Assembly (NCBI GenBank): GCA_964016885.1
Contig: OZ024741.1
Span: 208,506,001-208,570,000 of the forward strand
From: Eledone cirrhosa
Lineage: Eukaryota
Direction of reading: 5' to 3'
DNA length: 64,000 nucleotides
Shown: one piece after another, positions 53,301-64,000 of the stretch
How the letters are laid out: the number at the start of each line of letters is the position of its first letter
Numbering within the stretch: the stretch's first letter is position 1
Notes under the pieces: generated by a model
The model's input: only the letters and a program-made list of their open reading frames with translations
Database searches by the model: none
Told to the model about the DNA's origin: nothing
Position numbers and translations under genes: made by a program

Positions 53301-56300
53301 GACCACCATCATCACTACAACCAACACCACCACTTCCCAGAACAACATCCATCACCACTACAACCAACACCACCACTACCCAGAACTACCACCATCACCA
53401 CTACAACCAACACCACCACTTCCCAGAACAACCACCTTCACCACTACAACCAACGCCACCACTACCCAGAAATACCACCATCACCACTACAACCAACACC
53501 ACCACTTCCCAGAACAACCACCTTCACCACTACAACCAACACCACTCCCAGAATTACCACCATCACCACTACAACCAACACCACCACTTCCCAGAACTAC
53601 CACCATCACCACTACCACCATCACCACTACAACCAACACCACCACCTCCCAGGACAACCACCATCATCACTACAACCAACACCACCACTACCCAGAACTA
53701 CCACCATCATCACTACAACCAACACCACGACCACCAGAACTACCACCATCACCACTACAACCAACACCACCACTACCCAGAACTACCACCATCATCAATT
53801 CAACCAACACCACCACTTCCCAAAACTACCACCGTCACCACTACAACCAACACCATCACCAGCCGAACTACCACCATCACCACTACAACCAACACCACCA
53901 CTTCCCAGAACTACCACCATCACCACTACAGCCAACAACACCACTTCCCAGAACTACCACCATCACTACTACAACCAACACCACCACTTCCAAGAACTAC
54001 CACCATCACCACTACAACCAACACCACCACTTCCCAGAAATACCACCATCACCACTACAACCAACACCACCACTTCCCAGAACTACCCATCACCACTACA
54101 ACCAGCACCACCACTTCCCAGAACTACCACCATCATCACTACAGCCAACACCACCACTACCCAGAACTACCACCAACACCACTACAACCAACACCACCAC
54201 TTCCCAGAACTACCACCATCACCACTACCACCATCAACACCACAACCAACATCACCACTTCCCAGAACTACTACCATCATCACTACAACCAACACCACCA
54301 CTACCCAAAACTACCACCATCACCACTACAGCCAACACCACCACTATCCAGAACTACCACCATCACCACTACAACCAACACCACCACTTCCCAGAACAGC
54401 CACCATCACCACTACAACCAACACCACCACTTCCCATAACTACCACCCTCACCACTACCACCATCACCACCACAACCAACACCACCACTTCCCAGAACAA
54501 CCACCATCATCACTACAACCAACACCACCACTTCCCAGAACCTCCACCATCACCACTACAACCAAAACCACCACTTCCCAGAACTACAACCATCACCACT
54601 ACAACCAACACCACCACTTCCCAGAACTACCACCATCACCACTACAACCAACACCACCACTTCCCAGAACAACCACTATCACCACTACAACCAACACCAC
54701 CACTTCCCAGAACTACCACCATCACCACTACAACCAACACCACCACTTCCCAGAACTACCACCATCACCACTACAACCAACACCACCACTTCCCAGAACC
54801 CCACCATCACCACTACAACCAACACCACCACTTCCCAGAACTACAACCATCACCACTACAACCAACACCACCACTTCCCAGAACGACCACCATCATCACT
54901 ACAACCAACACCACCACTTCCCAGAACAACATCCATCACCACTACAACCAACACCACCACTACCCAGAACTACCACCATCACCACTACAACCAACACCAC
55001 CACTTCCCAGAACAACCACCTTCACCACTACAACCAACGCCACCACTACCCAGAAATACCACCATCACCACTACAACCAACACCACCACTTCCCAGAACA
55101 ACCACCTTCACCACTACAACCAACACCACCACTTCCCAGAACTACCACCATCACCAGTAAACCAACACTACCACTTCCCAGAACCTCTACCATCACCACT
55201 ACAACCAACACCACCACTTCCCTGAACTACAACCATCACGACTACAACCAACACCACCACTTCCCAGAACTACCACCATCACCACTACAACCAACACCAC
55301 TCCCAGAACTACCACCATCACCACTACAACCAACCCCACCACTTCCCAGAACTACCACCATCACCAGTACAACCAACACCACCACTTCCCAGAACCTCTA
55401 CCATCACCACTACAACCAACACCACCACTTCCCTGAACTACAACCATCACCACTACAACCAACACCACCACTTCCCAGAACTACCATGATCACCACTACA
55501 ACCAGCACCACTCCCAGAATTACCACCATCACCACTACAACCAACACCACCACTTCCCAGAACTACCACCATCACCACTACCACCATCACCACTACAACC
55601 AACACCACCACCTCCCAGGACAACCACCATCATCACTACAACCAACACCACCACTACCCAGAACTACCACCATCATCACTACAACCAACACCACGACCAC
55701 CAGAACTACCACCATCACCACTACAACCAACACCACCACTACCCAGAACTACCACCATCATCACTACAACCAACACCACCACTTCCCAAAACTACCACCA
55801 TCACCACTACAACCAACACCATCACCACCCGAACTACCACCATCACCACTACAACCAACACCACCACTTCCCAGAACTACCACCATCACCACTACAGCCA
55901 ACAACACCACTTCCCAGAACTACCACCATCACTACTACAACCAACACCACCACTTCCAAGAACTACCACCATCACCACTACAACCAACACCACCACTTCC
56001 CAGAACTACCACCATCACCACTACAACCAACACCACCACTTCCCAGAACTACCCATCACCACTACAACCAGCACCACCACTTCCCAGAACTACCACCATC
56101 ATCACTACAGCCAACACCACCACTACCCAGAACTACCACCAACACCACTACAACCAACACCACCACTTCCCAGAACAACCACCATCATCACTACAACCAA
56201 CACCACCACTTCCCAGAACTACCACCATCATCACTACAACCAACACGACCACTACCCAGAACTACCACCATCACCACTACAACCAACACCACAACTTCCC

Positions 56301-59300
56301 AGAACTACCACCATCACCACTACAACCAACACGACCACTACCCAGAACTACCACCATCACCACTACAACCAACACCACCACTTCCCAGAACAACCACCTT
56401 CACCACTACAACCAACGCCACCACTACCCAGAAATACCACCATCACCACTACAACCAACACCACCACTTCCCAGAACAACCACCTTCACCACTACAACCA
56501 ACACCACCACTTCCCAGAACTACCACCATCACCAGTAAACCAACACTACCACTTCCCAGAACCTCTACCATCACCACTACAACCAACACCACCACTTCCC
56601 TGAACTACAACCATCACGACTACAACCAACACCACCACTTCCCAGAACTACCACCATCACCACTACAACCAACACCACTCCCAGAACTACCACCATCACC
56701 ACTACAACCAACCCCACCACTTCCCAGAACTACCACCATCACCAGTACAACCAACACCACCACTTCCCAGAACCTCTACCATCACCACTACAACCAACAC
56801 CACCACTTCCCTGAACTACAACCATCACCACTACAACCAACACCACCACTTCCCAGAACTACCACGATCACCACTACAACCAGCACCACTCCCAGAATTA
56901 CCACCATCACCACTACAACCAACACCACCACTTCCCAGAACTACCACCATCACCACTACCACCATCACCACTACAACCAACACCACCACCTCCCAGGACA
57001 ACCACCATCATCACTACAACCAACACCACCACTACCCAGAACTACCACCATCATCACTACAACCAACACCACGACCACCAGAACTACCACCATCACCACT
57101 ACAACCAACACCACCACTACCCAGAACTACCACCATCATCACTACAACCAACACCACCACTTCCCAAAACTACCACCATCACCACTACAACCAACACCAT
57201 CACCACCCGAACTACCACCATCACCACTACAACCAACACCACCACTTCCCAGAACTACCACCATCACCACTACAGCCAACAACACCACTTCCCAGAACTA
57301 CCACCATCACTACTACAACCAACACCACCACTTCCAAGAACTACCACCATCACCACTACAACCAACACCACCACTTCCCAGAACTACCACCATCACCACT
57401 ACAACCAACACCACCACTTCCCAGAACTACCCATCACCACTACAACCAGCACCACCACTTCCCAGAACTACCACCATCATCACTACAGCCAACACCACCA
57501 CTACCCAGAACTACCACCAACACCACTACAACCAACACCACCACTTCCCAGAACAACCACCATCATCACTACAACCAACACCACCACTTCCCAGAACTAC
57601 CACCATCATCACTACAACCAACACGACCACTACCCAGAACTACCACCATCACCACTACAACCAACACCACAACTTCCCAGAACTACCACCATCACCACTA
57701 CAACCAACACGACCACTACCCAGAACTACCACCATCACCACTACAACCACCACCACCACTTCCCAGAACTACAACCACCACTACTACAACCAACACCACC
57801 ACTTCCCAGAACTACCACCATCACCTCTACAACCAACACGACCACTATCCAGAACTACCACCATCACCACTACAACCAACACCACCACTTCCAAGAACTA
57901 CCACCATCACCACTACAACCAACACCACCACTTCCCAGAACTACCACCATCACATCTACAACCAACACCACCACTTCCCAGAACTACCCATCACCACTAC
58001 AAACAGCACCACCACTTCCCAGAACAACCACCATCGTCACTACAACAAACACCACCACTACCAAGAACTACCACCATCACCACTACAACCAACACCACCA
58101 CTCGCCAGAACAACCACCATCATCACTACTACCAACACCACCTCTACCCGAACTACCAACACCACCACTACAGCCAATACCACCACTTCCCAGAACTACC
58201 ACCATCACCACTACAACCAACACGACCACTACCCAGATCTACCACCATCACCACTACAACCAACACCACCACTTCCCAGAACTACCCATCACCACTACAA
58301 CCAGCACCACCACTTCCCAGAACAACCACCATCATCACTACAACCAACACCACCAATACCCAGAACTACCACCATCACCACTACAACCGACACCACCACT
58401 TCCCAGAACTACCACCATCACCACTACAACCAACACCACCACTTTCCAGAACTACCCATCACCACTACAACCAGCACCACCACTTCCCAGAACAACCACC
58501 ATCATCACTACAACCAACACCACCACTACCAAGAACTACCACCATCACCACTACAACCAACACCACCACTCGCCAGAACAACCACCATCATCACTACTAC
58601 CAACACCACCACTTCCCAGAACTACCACCATCACCACTACAACCAACACGACCACTACCCAGAACTACCACCATCACCACTGCAACCAACACCACCACTT
58701 CCCAGAACTACCCATCACCACTACAACCAGCACCACCACTTCCCAGAACTACCACCATCACCACTACAACCAACACCACCACTACCCAGAACTACCACCA
58801 TCATCACTACAACCAACACCACGACCACCTGAACTACCACCATCACCACTACAACCAACACCACCACTACCCAGAACTACCACCATCACCACTACAACCA
58901 ACACGACCACTACCCAGAACTACCACCATCACCACTACAACCACCACCACCACTTCCCAGAACTACAACCACCACTACTACAACCAACACCACCACTTCC
59001 CAGAACTACCACCATCACCACTACAACCAACACGACCACTATCCAGAACTACCACCATCACCACTACAACCGACACCACCACTTCCCAGAACTACCACCA
59101 TCACCACTACAACCAACACCACCACTTTCCAGAACTACCCATCACCACTACAACCAGCACCACCACTTCCCAGAACAACCACCATCATCACTACAACCAA
59201 CACCACCACTACCAAGAACTACCACCATCACCACTACAACCAACACCACCACTCGCCAGAACAACCACCATCATCACTACAACCAACACCACCACTTCCC

Positions 59301-62300
59301 AGAACTACCACCATCACCACTACAACCATCACGACCACTACCCAGAACTACCACCATCACCACTACAACCAACACCACCACTTCCCAGAACTACCCATCA
59401 CCACTACAACCAGCAGCACCACTTCCCAGAACTACCACCATCACCACTACAACCAACACCACCACTTCCCAGAACTACCCATCACCACTACAACCAGCAG
59501 CACCACTTCCCAGAACTACCACCATCACCACTACAACCAACACCACCACTACCCAGAACTACCACCATCGTCACTACAACCAACACCACGACCACCCGAA
59601 CTACCACCATCACCACTACAACCAACACCACCACTACCCAAAACTACCACCATCATCACTACAACCAACACCACCACTTCCCAGAACTACCACCATCACC
59701 ACTACAACCAACACCACCACCACCCGAACTACCACCATCACCACTACAACCAACACCACCACTACCCAGAACTACCACCATAACCACTATAACCAACACC
59801 ACCACTTCCCAGAACTACCACCACCACCACTACAACCAACAACACCACTTCCCAGAACTACCACCATCACTACTACAACCAGCACCACCACTTCCCAGAA
59901 CTACCACCATCATCACTACAGCCAACACCACCACTACCCAGAACTACTACCAACACCACTACAACCAACACCACCACTTCCCAGAACAACCACCATCATC
60001 ACTACAACCAACACCACCACTTCCCAGAACTACCACTATCATCACTACAACCAACACGACCACTACCCAGAACTACCACCATCACCACTACAACCAACAC
60101 CACAACTTCCCAGAACTACCACCATCACCACTACAACCAACACGACCACTATCCAGAACTACCACCATCACCACTACAACCAACACCACCACTTCCAAGA
60201 ACTACCAACATCACCACTACAACCAACACCACCACTTCCCAGAACTACCACCATCACCACTACAACCAACACCACCACTTCCCAGAACTACCCATCACCA
60301 CTACAACCAGCACCACCACTTCCCAGAACAACCACCATCATCACTACAACCAACACCACCAATACCCAGAACTACCACCATCACCACTTCAACCAACACC
60401 ACCACTCGCCAGAACAACCACCATCATCACTACTACCAACACCACCACTTCCCAGAACTACCACCATCACCACTACAACCAACACGACCACTACCCAGAA
60501 CTACCACCATCACCACTACAACCAACACCACCACTTCCCAGAACTACCCATCACCACTACAACCAGCACCACCACTTCCCAGAACTACCACCATCACCAC
60601 TACAACCAACACCACCACTACCCAGAACTACCACCATCATCACTACAACCAACACCACGACCACCTGAACTACCACCATCACCACTACAACCAACACCAC
60701 CACTACCCAGAACTACCACCATCACCACTACAACCAACACGACCACTACCCAGAACTACCACCATCACCACTACAACCACCACCACCACTTCCCAGAACT
60801 ACAACCACCACTACTACAACCAACACCACCACTTCCCAGAACTACCACCATCACCACTACAACCAACACGACCACTATCCAGAACTACCACCATCACCAC
60901 TACAACCGACACCACCACTTCCAAGAACTACCACCATCACCACTACAACCAACACCACCACTTCCCAGAACTACCACCATCACCACTACAACCAACACCA
61001 CCACTTTCCAGAACTACCCATCACCACTACAACCAGCACCACCACTTCCCAGAACAACCACCATCATCACTACAACCAACACCACCACTACCAAGAACTA
61101 CCACCATCACCACTACAACCAACACCACCACTCGCCAGAACAACCACCATCATCACTACAACCAACACCACCACTTCCCAGAACTACCACCATCACCACT
61201 ACAACCATCACGACCACTACCCAGAACTACCACCATCACCACTACAACCAACAAAACCACTTCCCAGAACTACCACCATCACCACTACAACCAACACCAC
61301 CACTTCCCAGAACTACCCATCACCACTACAACCAGCAGCACCACTTCCCAGAACTACCACCATCACCACTACAACCAACACCACCACTACCCAGAACTAC
61401 CACCATCGTCACTACAACCAACACCACGACCACCCGAACTACCACCATCACCACTACAACCAACACCACCACTACCCAAAACTACCACCATCATCACTAC
61501 AACCAACACCACCACTTCCCAGAACTACCACCATCACCACTACAACCAACACCACCACCACCCGAACTACCACCATCACCACTACAACCAACACCACCAC
61601 TACCCAGAACTACCACCATAACCACTATAACCAACACCACCACTTCCCAGAACTACCACCACCACCACCACTACAACCAACAACACCACTTCCCAGAACT
61701 ACCACCATCACCACTACAACCAGCACCACCACTTCCCAGAACTACCACCATCATCACTACAGCCAACACCACCACTACCCAGAACTACTACCAACACCAC
61801 TACAACCAACACCACCACTTCCCAGAACAACCACCATCATCACTACAACCAACACCACAACTTCCAGAACTACCACCATCACCACTACAACCAACACGAC
61901 CACTATCCAGAACTACCACCATCACCACTACAACCAACACCACCACTTCCAAGAACTACCAACATCACCACTACAACCAACACCACCACTTCCCAGAACT
62001 ACCACCATCACCACTACAACCAACACCACCACTTCCCAGAACTACCCATCACCACTACAACCAGCACCACCACTTCCCAGAACAACCACCATCAGCACTA
62101 CAACCAACACCACCACTACCAAGAACTACCACCATCACCACTACAACCAACACCACCACTCGCCAGAACAACCACCATCATCACTACTACCAACACCACC
62201 ACTTCCCAGAACTACCACCATCACCACTACAACGAACACCACCACTTCCCAGGAATACCACCATCACCACTACAACCAACACCACCACTTCCCAGAACAA

Positions 62301-64000
62301 CCACCATCATCACTACAACCAACACTACCACTACCCAGAACTACCACCATCACCACTACAACCAACACAAACACTACCCAGAACTACCACCATCACCACT
62401 ACAACCAACACCACCACTTCCCAGAACTACCACCGTCATTACTACAACCAACACCACCACTACCCAGAACGACCACCATCATCACTACAACCAACACCAC
62501 CACTACCCAGAACTACCACCATCACCACTACAACCAACACGACTACTTCCCAGAACTACCCCCATCACCACCACGACCAACACCACCACTTCCCAGAACT
62601 ACCTCTATCACCACCACAACCGATACCACCAATTCCCAGAACTACCACCATCACCACTACAACCAACACAAACACTACCCAGAACTACCACCATCACCAC
62701 TACAATCAACACCACCACTTCCCAGAACTACCACCATCATTACTACAACCAACACCACCACTACCCAGAACGACCACCATCATCACTACAACCAACACCA
62801 CCACTACCCAGAACTACCACCATCACCACTACAACCAACACCACTACTTCCCAGAACTACTACCATCATCACTACAACCAACACCACCAGTTCTCAGAAC
62901 TACCACCATCACCACTATAACCCACACCACAACTACCCAGAACTACCACCATCACCACTACCACCAACACCACCACTTCCCAGAACAACCCCATCACCAC
63001 TACAACCAACACAACCACATCCCAGAACTACCACCATCACCACTACAACCAACACCACCACTTCCCAGAACTACCCATCACCACTACAACCAGCACCACC
63101 ACTTCCCAGAACAACCACCATCATCACTACAACCAACACCACCACTTCCCAGAACTACCACCATCACCACTACAACCATCACGACCACTACCCAGAACTA
63201 CCACCATCACCACTACAACCAACAAAACCACTTCCCAGAACTACCACCATCACGACTACAACCAACACCACCACTTCCCAGAACTACCCATCACCACTAC
63301 AACCAGCACCACCACTTCCCAGAACTACCACCATCACCACTACAACCAACACCACCACTACCCAGAACTACCACCATCATCACTACAACCAACACCACCA
63401 CTTCCCAGAACTACCACCATCACCACTACAACCAACACCACCACCACCCGAACTACCACCATCACCACTACAACCAACACCACCACTACCCAGAACTACC
63501 ACCATCACCACTATAACCAACACCACCACTTCCCAGAAGTACCACCACCACCACTACAACCAACAACACCACATCCCAGAACTACCACCATCACTACTAC
63601 AACCAGCACCACCACTTCCCAGAACTACCACCATCATCACTACAGCCAACACCACCACTACCCAGAACTACTACCAACACCACTACAACCAACACCACCA
63701 CTTCCCAGAACAACCACCATCATCACTACAACCAACACCACCACTTCCCAGAACTACCACCATCATCACTACAACCAACACCACCACTACCCAGAACTAC
63801 CACCATCACCACTACAACCAACACCACAACTTCCCAGAACTACCACCATCACCACTACAACCAACACGACTACTACCCAGAACTACCCCCATCACCACTA
63901 CAACCACCACCACCACTTCCCAGAACTACAACCACCACTACTACAACCAACACCACCACTTCCCAGAACTACCACCATCACCACTACAACCAACACAACC
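47400..64000. repeat. 43-bp satellite array (~385 copies, runs off the window end)
   Basis: Consensus CCCAGAACTACCACCATCACCACTACAACCAACACCACCACTT; the ORF track cycles through all three frames every 43 aa (= 3 units), confirming the period of 43. Confidence 0.97.

Overview
Repeat-dominated, AT-rich eukaryotic DNA; the microsatellite load and SINE families look cephalopod/Octopus-like (inference only). I find no convincing host protein-coding gene: most ORF-track entries are microsatellite or antisense artefacts. Positions 1-44.5 kb are a retroelement patchwork. It holds several Penelope-like elements (PLEs) with GIY-YIG or RT fragments and inverted or tandem pseudo-LTRs. These carry about 11 hammerhead-ribozyme (HHR) motifs of at least 5 architectures, about 7 with intact-looking cores, including a U3-A8 core variant present twice. 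There is also a near full-length decayed R4/Dong-type RT-RLE element in (TAA)n, and at least 6 Tx1-like L1-clade pieces sitting in microsatellites, one full length with an open ORF1. The rest comprises an internally deleted Helitron, a deleted mariner, a solo LTR, many tRNA-derived SINEs with target-site duplications (TSDs), and a 40-bp minisatellite. From about 45.2 kb a degenerate (GGT/AGT)n tract flips strand polarity into a >16.5 kb array of a 43-bp (ACC)n-derived satellite with kb-scale higher-order duplications that runs off the window end. All calls are by eye; no database searches were run.
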